In this document: positions 1 through 10,279 of the stretch, one piece after another | How the letters are laid out: each line of letters begins with the position of its first letter | How positions within the stretch are numbered: position 1 is the stretch's first letter | DNA from: a virus | Strand: one strand, 5' to 3' | IMG/VR virus record: IMGVR_UViG_3300049436_000052 | Coordinates: 1 to 64,000 of that record | Length of the DNA: 64,000 bases | Notes under the pieces: model-generated | Databases searched by the model: none | What the model was told of the DNA's origin: nothing | The model's input: only the letters and a program-made list of their open reading frames with translations | Position numbers and translations under genes: made by a program

Positions 1-385
1 CATTTGTTGATAAGTTAGTTCGAGAATAAAATGATATGTGATTACTTTGACCATTCAATGCGTTTGCGTTTAAAAATGTGTTAGCAGTTCCATTAACTCC
101 ATTTGGAAGGCATCCGTTTGCACTATGAGTTATTGTTCCTGAAAAAGATAACCTAAACGCTATATCTAAATCTCTGGGATCTTTTAAATTAAACTTATGT
201 GTTGTTGCAGTTCCACCAACAAATGGATAGATGGCTTTCATTTTAGTCCATAAATTATTAGACTTTAATCCCACAACCAATGCATTTATTGCACTTTGTT
301 GTGTCGATCCTGTGATACCAGCAGCAGTTATAAATGCTTGTGCATCACTATCACCTGATTGATTATATGGATTTATTATAAACAT
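1..385 (-). CDS. Partial virion/tail-associated protein (runs off the window edge; not in the ORF track)
   Basis: ATG at 385 gives MFIINPYNQSGDSDAQAFITAAGITGSTQQSAINALVVGLKSNNLWTKMKAIYPFVGG..., open to the edge; lies at the end of a tail-fibre-like operon. Confidence 0.6.
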   Translation of the reverse strand, partial: MFIINPYNQSGDSDAQAFITAAGITGSTQQSAINALVVGLKSNNLWTKMKAIYPFVGGTATTHKFNLKDPRDLDIAFRLSFSGTITHSANGCLPNGVNGTANTFLNANALNGQSNHISFYSRTNLSTN

Positions 386-414
386 TGTTTTATTTATTAC
401 ATCCAGTAAAGGAT

Positions 415-936
415 TTATGTGTTTTTTTCCCATCCTTCATCTAAATTTGGTTCTTGTTCTAATTCAATTTGTGATTTCAAATTAGTACTATGTTGATTAT
501 TTTGAATTATTTTATTAGTTCGATTAACATAATCTAACATTATATTTTCTTCATCTTCAGTTAGATCAATATTATTTAGCTGTTTTTGAATTAAACCTTG
601 TGCAATAAAAAATAAATCTTCATTTCTCCACGAATAGTTGGCTAATCTACATGCATTGTCAACAGATTGAAAAATATCAATATTTGATCGTTTAATGTAT
701 TGATGTTCAATTAACCATTTTTTAAATTGTGTATATATTGGATGGGGTTCATTCGTTGGTGTTTCATCCTTTTCATAATCATAATATCTTTGATCATAAT
801 CAATTATCGAATATGGCTCATATGTTATAAAATATGTATAACCAGAACCATAATCTTTTGGATTGTTTTCATCGATTTCGATGTTATGGGAGATAATATC
901 TCCCGTAAGAATATTTATTAATTTTCCTATAATCAT
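415..936 (-). CDS. Hypothetical protein, paralog of 942..1538 (possible tail-fibre accessory/chaperone)
   Basis: Shares YEPY, EPHP...K(K/Q)WL and a C-terminal P(N/D)LDxGW with its neighbour. Confidence 0.5.
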   Translation of the reverse strand: MIIGKLINILTGDIISHNIEIDENNPKDYGSGYTYFITYEPYSIIDYDQRYYDYEKDETPTNEPHPIYTQFKKWLIEHQYIKRSNIDIFQSVDNACRLANYSWRNEDLFFIAQGLIQKQLNNIDLTEDEENIMLDYVNRTNKIIQNNQHSTNLKSQIELEQEPNLDEGWEKNT

Positions 937-941
937 CTTAT

Positions 942-1538
942 TTATACGTTTTCATCATAATCATTAAGATCCCATCCATTGTCTAAATCGGGATTATTAT
1001 TTCCTTCAATTAAAATATATTTGTCATCTTTTGCTTTGTCATTTTCTCGTATATGATTTGCAATATGTCTAAAGATTCTAATTTGTTTTTTCTTTTTATT
1101 ATTTAATGGACTGTTAGTTTCAGTATATCCTATATAATCTAACAAACTATCAAGAGCCAGATAAATAGTTTTATTTCTTTTTGAAACAGGAATATTAGTT
1201 TCAATACTATTAGATTCGGCCACATCAACTGCTGCTTTTTGTTCAGTAGTTGACTTATTTTCTGTTGTATATGTTACTAACCATTGTTTGACTGTTGGAA
1301 AATCTGGATGTGGTTCATCTACATAACTTCCATTACCATTTAAACCATTAACGATTACATTAATTAATCTCTCATCAACCAATGGTCTTTCATATGGTTC
1401 ATAATTACAAACAATTTCCAATGAAGGATCTAATGATTGTAAAATACTTGCCAACCACACTTCTTGATCTTCAAGAGTATCTAAATTCCAATTCAAAACA
1501 TTTTTTGTTGATTTTTCTAATAAAATAAATTGTGCCAT
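942..1538 (-). CDS. Hypothetical protein, paralog of 415..936
   Basis: Same shared motifs; tightly packed operon. Confidence 0.5.
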   Translation of the reverse strand: MAQFILLEKSTKNVLNWNLDTLEDQEVWLASILQSLDPSLEIVCNYEPYERPLVDERLINVIVNGLNGNGSYVDEPHPDFPTVKQWLVTYTTENKSTTEQKAAVDVAESNSIETNIPVSKRNKTIYLALDSLLDYIGYTETNSPLNNKKKKQIRIFRHIANHIRENDKAKDDKYILIEGNNNPDLDNGWDLNDYDENV

Positions 1539-1572
1539 TTTTTTTTATTGTTTTTAGTTTAAAGTTATTTTT

Positions 1573-2076
1573 TTAAGGTCTTGGTGGATAATTGTAAAAA
1601 TCAGGAAAATATTTAATAGGATCTTCTAAATATAATTTTTCTTTCTCATTTCTTAATTCTCTACATTTCATCAACCAAGCACTCAATTCTTTTATATAAT
1701 TTATTCTTTCTTCTGTTGCTTCAAATAAAAATTCTTGAAGGTGTTTGTTTCTTTCCCAAATAGGATATTCTCTGTCAACATAAATACCCAACTCATCGTT
1801 TAATTTTTGAATAACCTCATCTTTATTTTTCTCAACAAGATAATGTTTTCTATTACAGATTTTTAAATGTTTATATTTTTGATGTGTTTCATTTATTAAT
1901 TCATCAGCATATTGAATATAGTATTGTTCGGTGTTTGGGTTTTTAACCAGTTGTTCATTAATGAAATAAATTTCAATATTTGGATCAAGCCCTTCAATGG
2001 GTTCAGATATATCAACCCTAGGATAATGATCTTCTTTTATTTCTTTAGTTTGTTTATTGTAAATAATTACATTCAT
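1573..2076 (-). CDS. Hypothetical protein (possible tail-fibre assembly protein)
   Basis: 167 aa ORF directly downstream of the fibre-like gene. Confidence 0.45.
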   Translation of the reverse strand: MNVIIYNKQTKEIKEDHYPRVDISEPIEGLDPNIEIYFINEQLVKNPNTEQYYIQYADELINETHQKYKHLKICNRKHYLVEKNKDEVIQKLNDELGIYVDREYPIWERNKHLQEFLFEATEERINYIKELSAWLMKCRELRNEKEKLYLEDPIKYFPDFYNYPPRP

Positions 2077-2077
2077 A

Positions 2078-3997
2078 TTAAGTTCTCCTCATCATTAAAT
2101 GTATAGTTAAACCCTTTCCCTTTGTAGTGATTCCTACTTGTGTTATTCTGGTATTTAATTTAACACCTTTTAACCAGTTAATAACAGACAATGTTGGTTG
2201 ATTGGTTGCTGTTAAACTACTATATTCGCCAGATTCTATATTTATTTTATTTACACCAAATGCTGTTACTCCTGAATAATAAATATCTGCTATAAATGTT
2301 GAACCCGAACAAACAGTATCTAATGCTCCGAACACGCCCAATAATGTGCAATTAAAAGGAACTGGAAAACTAGCGGCATTGTTATTTATAGCTAGGTCTG
2401 TTGTAATATCGCTTGCAGTATATGATATAAATTCATAAACACCAGTTCCACCAGTCCAACCATTAATTATCGCTTTGTTATAATAATTTGCTGGTAGAGT
2501 AGTTCCAGTAAATGTGGTAAATGTGATTGTGTTTAATTTATTATCAGTAACTCCAGAAATGTAAACTATTTTGTTGTTAGTTTTACCACTATAACTATTT
2601 ATTTGAGATTTATCATAATAATTATTAGGTAAAGTAGTTCCAGTAAAAGAATTAAAATCATTAATTAAATAATATTGATTGTGATTGTGTGCATTTTCAA
2701 AATCACTTAATGTATTACCACTTAACCAACTTGGCTTTCCTTGAATTGATGACCAAATGGGTGATTGATTTAATTTAATTGGAACTGATATATATGCATT
2801 ATTTGTTGATTGACCATATGTCCAAGTTACTGTTCTATTTGCAGTTGTTACAACATATACCTTAACAACTAATCTATCTGTTAAACTTAATCCAGTAAAT
2901 GCGTCATGCGTTTCTTCTATTTGGTATTCAGTTACACCTGTTGTGGTAATCGGTTTTAGCCCACTTTGGAAAAGTAATGTTTCTATGTTACCAACTCTTT
3001 TATAAAAATCAAATCGCATATTTGAACTATCCCCAATATTTGTTTGAGCATGAAAATGAATAATCCAAACACCACTTGTTATTCCAGTTACACCTAAACC
3101 TTCACTTGGAGTTATATATGTATCAACTAATTGTGTACCGTTTACCGTAACAGTTTCAGTTGCACCAGTTAAAGATAGAACTGTTGGACTTAGTTGTTCA
3201 TAACCTAATACATCAGAAAATTCGTGTTGAAAAATATAAATTCTATCACTTGATTGAATTGCAGCCAAGTTATTAATTTGAGTCTGAAGATATGATAAAT
3301 CGGTTGGTAAATTAGTTACTTGATTTTCATTAATACTAATACTAGACATTGGATAGTGAATAGCTAGATTAGAAGTATGTCCTGTGAAACTATTATAATT
3401 ATTAACCGTTACACCTGAAATATAATCAATCTTACTTAGTGTTTCACCAGTAAAAGTATTAAAATTACTAACTAAATTATATTGTGAATGACTATGATTA
3501 TTTTCGAAATCATTTAAAGTAGTGCCACTTAACCAGCTTGGTTTATTATTTATATCATTCCAATTACTAGTCCCACCACTAGGAGAATAAATTATTATTG
3601 TGTTAAAACTAGTTCCAGTTATTGATTTTATTTTTGTAGCACCTGATTCTATAAAGTTATATATTTTACCAGTGTTGCCAGTTACTCCAGAAAATAATGA
3701 ATCAACTTGTGTTTTATTATAATAATTAGTAGGTAAAGTAGTTCCAGTAAAATAATTAAACGTACTTGCACTTAATAGAGGTATTATTGCGTTATATACT
3801 GCTAATGTGCTTGTATATCCAGTAATGTTTGGATTTTGTAAATTATTTTTCTTATTTGCAACATTTTCTGCAATATATGGAGGTCTGATAACTGGTGTTT
3901 GAGGATTATAATCTTCTATGATCACCATGTCTTTTTTTCCATCAAAAGTTCCTAGACCATTGTTTGTAATTTCAATATATTCTAAAACATTGCTCAT
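2078..3997 (-). CDS. Tail fibre-like structural protein with internal repeats
   Basis: Thr/Gly/Asn-rich; repeated FTGTTLPxNYYxK and two copies of KPSWLSGxTLxDFENxHxHxQY. Confidence 0.55.
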   Translation of the reverse strand: MSNVLEYIEITNNGLGTFDGKKDMVIIEDYNPQTPVIRPPYIAENVANKKNNLQNPNITGYTSTLAVYNAIIPLLSASTFNYFTGTTLPTNYYNKTQVDSLFSGVTGNTGKIYNFIESGATKIKSITGTSFNTIIIYSPSGGTSNWNDINNKPSWLSGTTLNDFENNHSHSQYNLVSNFNTFTGETLSKIDYISGVTVNNYNSFTGHTSNLAIHYPMSSISINENQVTNLPTDLSYLQTQINNLAAIQSSDRIYIFQHEFSDVLGYEQLSPTVLSLTGATETVTVNGTQLVDTYITPSEGLGVTGITSGVWIIHFHAQTNIGDSSNMRFDFYKRVGNIETLLFQSGLKPITTTGVTEYQIEETHDAFTGLSLTDRLVVKVYVVTTANRTVTWTYGQSTNNAYISVPIKLNQSPIWSSIQGKPSWLSGNTLSDFENAHNHNQYYLINDFNSFTGTTLPNNYYDKSQINSYSGKTNNKIVYISGVTDNKLNTITFTTFTGTTLPANYYNKAIINGWTGGTGVYEFISYTASDITTDLAINNNAASFPVPFNCTLLGVFGALDTVCSGSTFIADIYYSGVTAFGVNKINIESGEYSSLTATNQPTLSVINWLKGVKLNTRITQVGITTKGKGLTIHLMMRRT

Positions 3998-3999
3998 TA

Positions 4000-6489
4000 T
4001 TAATAATTTTTAACACTATTATCTTGTAAACTATTTGTTGTAATGTTTGTAATAAATATTTTATCAAAAACATTATCAATATCCAAAGGATCTGCCCATT
4101 GAAATAAAATTTCAGCAAACAATATTTCATTTGGATGTTGTGATGTTATTTCATCTGGAATTATAAAATCATATGTGGTGTCATTAATCCAAATTAATTG
4201 TAACCAGCCACTTTCTATGTTTTTCTTGAATTTAACTAATTCAACAGTTGGGTTAACTCTACTTTTAACTACTACTTTTATATCAATCATTTGATATAAA
4301 TCTCTATAAGTACCGTCTGCATTTCTGTATCTGATTGATTTTCTAATGTCAGATCCAGATGTCCATTGTGGAAGTTGTGGATAGTTTTGATTTGACGAAA
4401 TTATTCTACCACCTTTTGATATTTGTAGATTATACGCTGAATTATTTCTTGTTTCGATAATTGCATTATGCAATACTTCATCAGGATTTAACGCAATATT
4501 GTAAACTCTTAATTTTTGTATATTTCCAATATAAGATGAATTAAAATATTTTTCAACAAATAAATTATCTTTTCTTTCATCTTGTTTTATAATATCAGCA
4601 CCTTTATATGTAAAATTTGTAATAAATAAAGGTCTATTTAAATTAAAAACATTTGTTGTTTCTATTAGAATACCAATATAAATTAAATTTTTACCTGAAT
4701 TTTCAGTTGTTCTAAATTTTAATTTAATAGGTTTCCAACTATTTTCACCAGTTACAATGCTATTAAATGAAGTTTCCTGAAGACTTGGTGGATTCGAATA
4801 TTTATCATATCCATATACATAATCCATCTCATCAGTTACTTTCACACCACTAACACCATAATACATTACGCCATTTCTAATATATTGATATTCTTGTCTA
4901 TCTGGAAATGGATATAATTGTTGATTAGTTGGTGTTGAATTATTGTTAAATAACAATGGTATTTCATAATCTATTTCATCAATAACACTAATGTCTGATG
5001 TTCCATATGTTAATAAAGATATTTTATTTTGAATACGATTACCATTTTCATCAACCGTTTTAAAAAATCTATCATTAAATAAGGATAACTCAACTTCATA
5101 ATCTCTATTTGATAATACAGTAATTGGAGTATTGCATTTAATAAAATATGTTAGAGCGCTTGTACCACCAGTATATTCAACACGCATAACAGTCATTGGA
5201 TACTCGATTGATGAATCACAAATATCTCCAATTCTAAAAGTTGAGGTATCAGCACTTAACAATAAACCAGATAATGCAATATTACTTAAATCAATTTCAC
5301 AATCATTTGGAATTGGATTGTTTTCAACAACAAAATTTGTGTTAATATATTCTGTATCGCCACTATTATATAAAACATATTCATTGATGTCATAATGCCA
5401 AGAATGTTTTAATCCAAAAGATCCCCCACCCCATGTAATATTATAAGGAACTCCAATCTGTTTTTCCTTATCGTTTTTTAAACCAATAAAATAAAATTCA
5501 TCAAAATCATTAATTTTCCAAAATTTTCTACCATTAACATAAAAAGTTAAATCACCCTTTCTTCTTAAATAACATTTATAACTACTAATATCGTATTTCT
5601 CAATAATATCATAAGGTTTGTAAACAATATCGATTATTGTCCATCCAATTCTATTTATCTGATTTGGTGATTCATTTTCAATTAAATTACCATTATTGTT
5701 AACATATTTATATTTTAATCTTTTGTCGGAAGTAATTTCAAATGAAATTATATTGTTATTAATATTTCCAGACTGTTCAGGCGATATATCATCAATAACA
5801 ACATCCGAATATTCTGGACGTTTAAATGCATTTAATTTTGTTGTACTTTCAATATTAGAATTTAAATAATTATTTTCAGAAGTTGTAATTCCACTAAATT
5901 CATATTGATAACCAGTTTCATTACCAACTATTTTAACTCTATTTGTTTCAACAATCCCACATTCGCCACTAAAGAATAAATTATACTTATCTTCAGATCT
6001 TGTTCCCATATGATAAAAAATACCTTCTGTTTGTGGAAGAATTTCAATTATTGTTTCAATTGTAATTCCTTTATTATATCGTGGAGGAAGTAATTGATAA
6101 TCATAATCTTCTAACTTAAAAAATCCTTGTAAATATCCACCATCTAATGAAAAATAATAACCAACTGAGCTTCCAGTTATTGGAGTTATTGTATAACCAC
6201 TGTAATATGTCCCTCCACTTTCATTGTTATAACCAACTCTATATAAATTAAGTTTATTATCATTTTGTGTTAGTGTTAAACTATTTATCATATCATTGGT
6301 TCTACCATTATCAAAAGCAGTTAAACCAAAATCAAATAATTCTAAATCACTTGAAATTGCATCATTCCATTTTGTTAAACTAACCAAAGTTAAACCTGTA
6401 TTAAGATTCCATGATTTTAATTGGGTTATATCAATATGAATTGCAAGATTATCTGTTATGATTGTATTAAGGCAATTTAAATTCATCAA
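4000..6489 (-). CDS. Virion structural protein with a LamG/concanavalin-like segment
   Basis: 829 aa; YIGNIQKLRVYNIALNPDEV resembles a LamG C-terminal motif; late promoter motif at 6503-6509. True start is probably ATG at 6486. Confidence 0.5.
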   Translation of the reverse strand: MMNLNCLNTIITDNLAIHIDITQLKSWNLNTGLTLVSLTKWNDAISSDLELFDFGLTAFDNGRTNDMINSLTLTQNDNKLNLYRVGYNNESGGTYYSGYTITPITGSSVGYYFSLDGGYLQGFFKLEDYDYQLLPPRYNKGITIETIIEILPQTEGIFYHMGTRSEDKYNLFFSGECGIVETNRVKIVGNETGYQYEFSGITTSENNYLNSNIESTTKLNAFKRPEYSDVVIDDISPEQSGNINNNIISFEITSDKRLKYKYVNNNGNLIENESPNQINRIGWTIIDIVYKPYDIIEKYDISSYKCYLRRKGDLTFYVNGRKFWKINDFDEFYFIGLKNDKEKQIGVPYNITWGGGSFGLKHSWHYDINEYVLYNSGDTEYINTNFVVENNPIPNDCEIDLSNIALSGLLLSADTSTFRIGDICDSSIEYPMTVMRVEYTGGTSALTYFIKCNTPITVLSNRDYEVELSLFNDRFFKTVDENGNRIQNKISLLTYGTSDISVIDEIDYEIPLLFNNNSTPTNQQLYPFPDRQEYQYIRNGVMYYGVSGVKVTDEMDYVYGYDKYSNPPSLQETSFNSIVTGENSWKPIKLKFRTTENSGKNLIYIGILIETTNVFNLNRPLFITNFTYKGADIIKQDERKDNLFVEKYFNSSYIGNIQKLRVYNIALNPDEVLHNAIIETRNNSAYNLQISKGGRIISSNQNYPQLPQWTSGSDIRKSIRYRNADGTYRDLYQMIDIKVVVKSRVNPTVELVKFKKNIESGWLQLIWINDTTYDFIIPDEITSQHPNEILFAEILFQWADPLDIDNVFDKIFITNITTNSLQDNSVKNY

Positions 6490-6501
6490 AATATTTTTAA
6501 T

Positions 6502-6541
6502 TATAAATACTTAATTATTTTAATAACATTTAAGTATTTAT
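6502..6541. promoter_or_regulatory. Divergent pair of putative late promoters (GTATTTAT on each strand)
   Basis: ATAAATAC at 6503-6510 (minus strand) and GTATTTAT at 6534-6541 (plus strand), between divergent genes. Confidence 0.65.
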
Positions 6542-6582
6542 GTTAAAATTTAATCACAAGAAAAATAATTCATTACATTTTT

Positions 6583-6876
6583 ATGAAAAAAAATATAGAT
6601 ACTAAAACCAAATTATTCGAAAACATGAAGAAATTAAATTCGAATTTTGAAATAAAAGAAGTTATTAATGAAGAATTTGGTTTAGAAACAGAAGCAAATG
6701 TTTTTGCAGGAGTTAATTATAAAATGAAGGTTGATAAAATAAAAGCATTTTTAGATAATTTATTAACAACTAAAGAATATGACGGAATTGATTCATTATT
6801 TCAATTAACTGTTGGTAGGGGAAAGAAATTTAAATTCACTACTGTCAATGAAAATTTAGAAAACAATAAGAAATAA
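6583..6876 (+). CDS. Small late protein, putative head internal/core protein
   Basis: N-terminus DTKTKLFENMKKL resembles DTKQRLFEIMQKV of 52779..53084; INE and VNE motifs. Confidence 0.5.
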   Translation: MKKNIDTKTKLFENMKKLNSNFEIKEVINEEFGLETEANVFAGVNYKMKVDKIKAFLDNLLTTKEYDGIDSLFQLTVGRGKKFKFTTVNENLENNKK

Positions 6877-6883
6877 CTTTTTT

Positions 6884-7690
6884 ATGGAACAAAATAATCC
6901 ACGTTTTTCTACAAATAAATTCTGGAAAGAAAATAATATTTCTGAATTAATTAAAGAAATTGTTGAACCAGACAATGTTGATGTTTCGTCTTTGAGATTT
7001 AATGAAACATTGTCTCCATTAATTTGGGAAAACGATGAAAAATTAAAAACAGATGTTAGAAAAGCTTTGTTGTTAAATGCAAAACGTTTTATTGAATTTT
7101 CAGGATTGGAAAGTTTAAAATTTAATGACATTGTATTAACTGGAAGTTTGGCAAACTATAACTATAATGAAAATTCTGATTTAGATGTCCATATTTTAAT
7201 TGATTTTACTCAAATTTCAGATAATGTTGAATTTGTTGGGGATTATTTAAAAATGAAAAAACAACTTTGGAGCGATTTATTACCAATTCAAGTAAAAGGT
7301 CATGATGTTGAATTGTATTTTCAAGATATTAACGAACCACACCATTCAACAGGGGTTTACTCGCTAATGAAAGATGAATGGGTTAGAAAACCAATAAAAC
7401 AACTTGTCAATATTGACATTGCAGATATTCAATTAAAAGCATCCAATATCATGAACAAAATTGATGATTTGGAAACCAATAAAAATAAAAAGGATTTTTT
7501 AGAGAAACATAAGGCACTTAAAGATAAAATAAAGAAATATCGTCAATCTGGTTTAGATGAAGTTGGAGAATATTCTATTGAAAATTTAGTGTTTAAAATT
7601 TTAAGAAATACTGGTTATTTGAAGAAAATGATTGATCTTAAAAATGATTATTTGAGTAAAGAACTTAATCTAAGAGAAAATTTGAAATAA
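6884..7690 (+). CDS. Pol-beta superfamily nucleotidyltransferase
   Basis: hG[GS]...DxD motif in VLTGSLANYNYNENSDLDVHI, with a candidate third acidic residue in DVELY. Confidence 0.8.
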   Translation: MEQNNPRFSTNKFWKENNISELIKEIVEPDNVDVSSLRFNETLSPLIWENDEKLKTDVRKALLLNAKRFIEFSGLESLKFNDIVLTGSLANYNYNENSDLDVHILIDFTQISDNVEFVGDYLKMKKQLWSDLLPIQVKGHDVELYFQDINEPHHSTGVYSLMKDEWVRKPIKQLVNIDIADIQLKASNIMNKIDDLETNKNKKDFLEKHKALKDKIKKYRQSGLDEVGEYSIENLVFKILRNTGYLKKMIDLKNDYLSKELNLRENLK

Positions 7691-7691
7691 C

Positions 7692-7943
7692 ATGAAGAAA
7701 ATTTTTATTGTAAAAAAAGAACAGTTAGAAAGTTATATTGATGATAAAAAGTCAAATAATACTTTTTATGAGATTATTGAAAAACTTCATAATAATAAAA
7801 AATTTTTAAATGAAAATGTTTCAATAGAAAATGCAAATCAATCGATTATTAATACTTATAAAAGAAAAGGTTTAATTACACCAAAAATTTATGAAATGTT
7901 GATTAAACATAAGGTGATGAACGAAAAATATGAAATAATTTAA
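7692..7943 (+). CDS. Hypothetical late protein
   Basis: 83 aa, abuts the NTase gene; FLNE motif. Confidence 0.5.
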   Translation: MKKIFIVKKEQLESYIDDKKSNNTFYEIIEKLHNNKKFLNENVSIENANQSIINTYKRKGLITPKIYEMLIKHKVMNEKYEII

Positions 7944-8026
7944 AATTTACATTTTTTTACTAGATTTCAACTATTTATAAAAAAAAGTTTAAATAAAGAA
8001 TAATAAAAATATTAATATATTTAATA

Positions 8027-10141
8027 ATGAAAAAAAATATAACAGAAGAGGCTTATTATGAAAGATTAAGAAATTTAGCCGATACTAAAAAAATATCAAA
8101 AACTGATAAATTAGTTAATAATCTTGGAACATTAGTTGATTATAAAAGTGCTTCGGATGGTATTAACTATGGAATTATTAAAGAAAACCACAACTACTAT
8201 ATTAAAGTAGGGGGTAAAAAAACCAACCCAGACGTTTCTGATTTTGCATATATTGGTGGGTTAAGTAACATTACAGATTTCCAATACAAATCTTTAGCAG
8301 AAGCTGAGAAACAAAGAAATATGATTTTTCAAACAATTTCAGATGGAATATCACATACTTCAAATAAAAAGAAATTGAATGAAAATAATGCAAAAGAAGA
8401 AATTGAAGCATCTAGTGAAAAGGTTGATGATTTAGATGCTGCTACTGATGCTGCTGAAGTTGCGCCTGAAACAGAAGAAATTCCTGAACCTGAAATTCCA
8501 ACAGATGAAGTTCCAAGTGAAGAAATGCCAAGTGATGATGGTGCTGTAGAAGCTGGTGATGAAGCAATGCCAGAAATACCTGTTGATGGTACAGAAAATC
8601 CAGAAGCACCTGCTGATGGTATGGAAAATGATGAAACTGGTGAAGATGTTAGTGGTGGTGATTTGGAAATTAAAGAAATTGAAAAATCTGTTGGAAAATT
8701 AACCAATAAAATTAGAAATAATGAACTAACCCCAGAACAAACAAAATCATTTCTTAATTCGTTAATTGCATCATTTAAAGATAAATTACCTGAATTGGAA
8801 CTTGATGACAGGAAAAAAGCAGCAAATAAAATATTAAAAGTTGAAGATGAAAACGAACCAGAAGATGTAGATACTGAAAATCCAGAAGAAATGGAAGAAA
8901 GTGAAATGTGTTCTGAATGTGGTGGTTTTGCTAAGTATGCAGAATCAAGAGGCTATACCAAAGAATCTATTATGGAATGTGATAATGAAGAAATGACCAA
9001 TTTAGTTAGTGGTTATGCAAATGCACATAATGATGGAATGAACGATGGTAATTTTGATGCTGTTGCTCTTTTTGTTAATCCAGAAGTTGTAGATTCCCTA
9101 AAAAATGATTACGGTCATGAAGAATATGCTGAAAAATTAACACCACATATTGATTCATTGAACGAAACTACTGATGAAGATAAGCAACAAAAAATTGATG
9201 AACTTTGGGGTGGATTAAGTCAATTAGGAAAAAAAGCTGGTGAAGTAATTGGTAACACTGCAAAAAAAATTGGACAAAATGTTGCTCAGAAAGCAAGCGA
9301 TGTTAAACAAGCCATTGGACAAAAAGTTGGTGATGTTAAACAAGCAGTAGGTCAGAAAGTAGATCAGGCAAAACAAGCTGTTGGAAAAACTGTTCAAAAT
9401 GTTAAACAAGCATATTATACTGGTGAAAAAAATGCAGCAGTTAAGAAAGCAGAAGAACTTGCAATTAACTTAGGAAATCAATTAAAAGTAATTAATGCAA
9501 ATGCTGTTAAAGCAGGTCAAGAACCAATTAATATTAATAGTGTTCTAACAACATTAAAAAATCAATTAGGTTTAAGTGGAAAAGCAGATCTTTCAAAATT
9601 AAAAACCGCAGAAAATGTTGAATTAGCTTCTGATTCTGATAATTTAGGTATTGTTGCAGAAGGAAAAGTTAATGAAATTTCTCCTGAATTAGTAAACAAA
9701 GCAAAAAAAGTAGCAGTTAGCAAATTTTATAATGAAAAAGATCCACAAAAAAAGGAAAAACCATCTGCTGGATTATCAAAAGAAAAGAAAAGCGAAGTAG
9801 TAAAAAAAGCAAAGGCTGGTGAAGATATTGGTAAAAAGGGTAAAGACTTCGGAAAATTAGCCAAATCAGCAGCAAAAGAATATGGTAGTAAAGAAAAGGG
9901 TGAAAAGGTCGCTGCTGCCGCAATGTGGAAAAATGTTAAAAGAGAAAGTGTTGAAACTGAAAAAAAACAAATTAATGAAACCGAATCCAAAATAAGAAAA
10001 TATGTTCGTAGACGTCTTGAAGAAAAAATGGGAAAAAGAAAAGCTTCTTTAAATGAAAACAAAAAATCGGAAACTTTAAAGAAATTAGACAAGTGGATTG
10101 ACGAACAATATGAAATTCTTAAATCAAAATCTAAAAAATAA
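8027..10141 (+). CDS. Prohead core/internal protein (acidic, repetitive)
   Basis: Late motif at 7971-7978; acidic low-complexity linkers, many [LIV]xE sites, 11-aa KQAVGQKV-type repeats, basic C-terminal module. Confidence 0.55.
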   Translation: MKKNITEEAYYERLRNLADTKKISKTDKLVNNLGTLVDYKSASDGINYGIIKENHNYYIKVGGKKTNPDVSDFAYIGGLSNITDFQYKSLAEAEKQRNMIFQTISDGISHTSNKKKLNENNAKEEIEASSEKVDDLDAATDAAEVAPETEEIPEPEIPTDEVPSEEMPSDDGAVEAGDEAMPEIPVDGTENPEAPADGMENDETGEDVSGGDLEIKEIEKSVGKLTNKIRNNELTPEQTKSFLNSLIASFKDKLPELELDDRKKAANKILKVEDENEPEDVDTENPEEMEESEMCSECGGFAKYAESRGYTKESIMECDNEEMTNLVSGYANAHNDGMNDGNFDAVALFVNPEVVDSLKNDYGHEEYAEKLTPHIDSLNETTDEDKQQKIDELWGGLSQLGKKAGEVIGNTAKKIGQNVAQKASDVKQAIGQKVGDVKQAVGQKVDQAKQAVGKTVQNVKQAYYTGEKNAAVKKAEELAINLGNQLKVINANAVKAGQEPININSVLTTLKNQLGLSGKADLSKLKTAENVELASDSDNLGIVAEGKVNEISPELVNKAKKVAVSKFYNEKDPQKKEKPSAGLSKEKKSEVVKKAKAGEDIGKKGKDFGKLAKSAAKEYGSKEKGEKVAAAAMWKNVKRESVETEKKQINETESKIRKYVRRRLEEKMGKRKASLNENKKSETLKKLDKWIDEQYEILKSKSKK

Positions 10142-10166
10142 TAAAAAACGTTAATACTAAACAACT

Positions 10167-10195
10167 AAAAACCTGATGAATAGTCAGGTTTTTTT
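10167..10195 (+). terminator. Rho-independent terminator
   Basis: aaaaacctga-tgaatag-tcaggttttttt. Confidence 0.75.
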
Positions 10196-10236
10196 ATTTT
10201 TAACAATTATTAACATAAAAAAATGTATTTAATGAT

Positions 10237-10266
10237 AACAATTTCATAAATTTTTCGTATAATATA
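10237..10266 (+). promoter_or_regulatory. Bipartite phage promoter AACA-N15-CGTATAATATA
   Basis: One of 4 copies with identical spacing; 13 nt upstream of ATG 10280. Confidence 0.7.
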
Positions 10267-10279
10267 GAAAAAAGATACT

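Noticed and set aside
8329-10164. Antisense ORFs in the track (e.g. 8329-8706 and 9727-10164; likewise 31202-31573, 25976-26230, 62772-63095)
   Set aside because: Shadow frames of strongly biased genes on the opposite strand, with Ser/Phe-rich, unprotein-like composition
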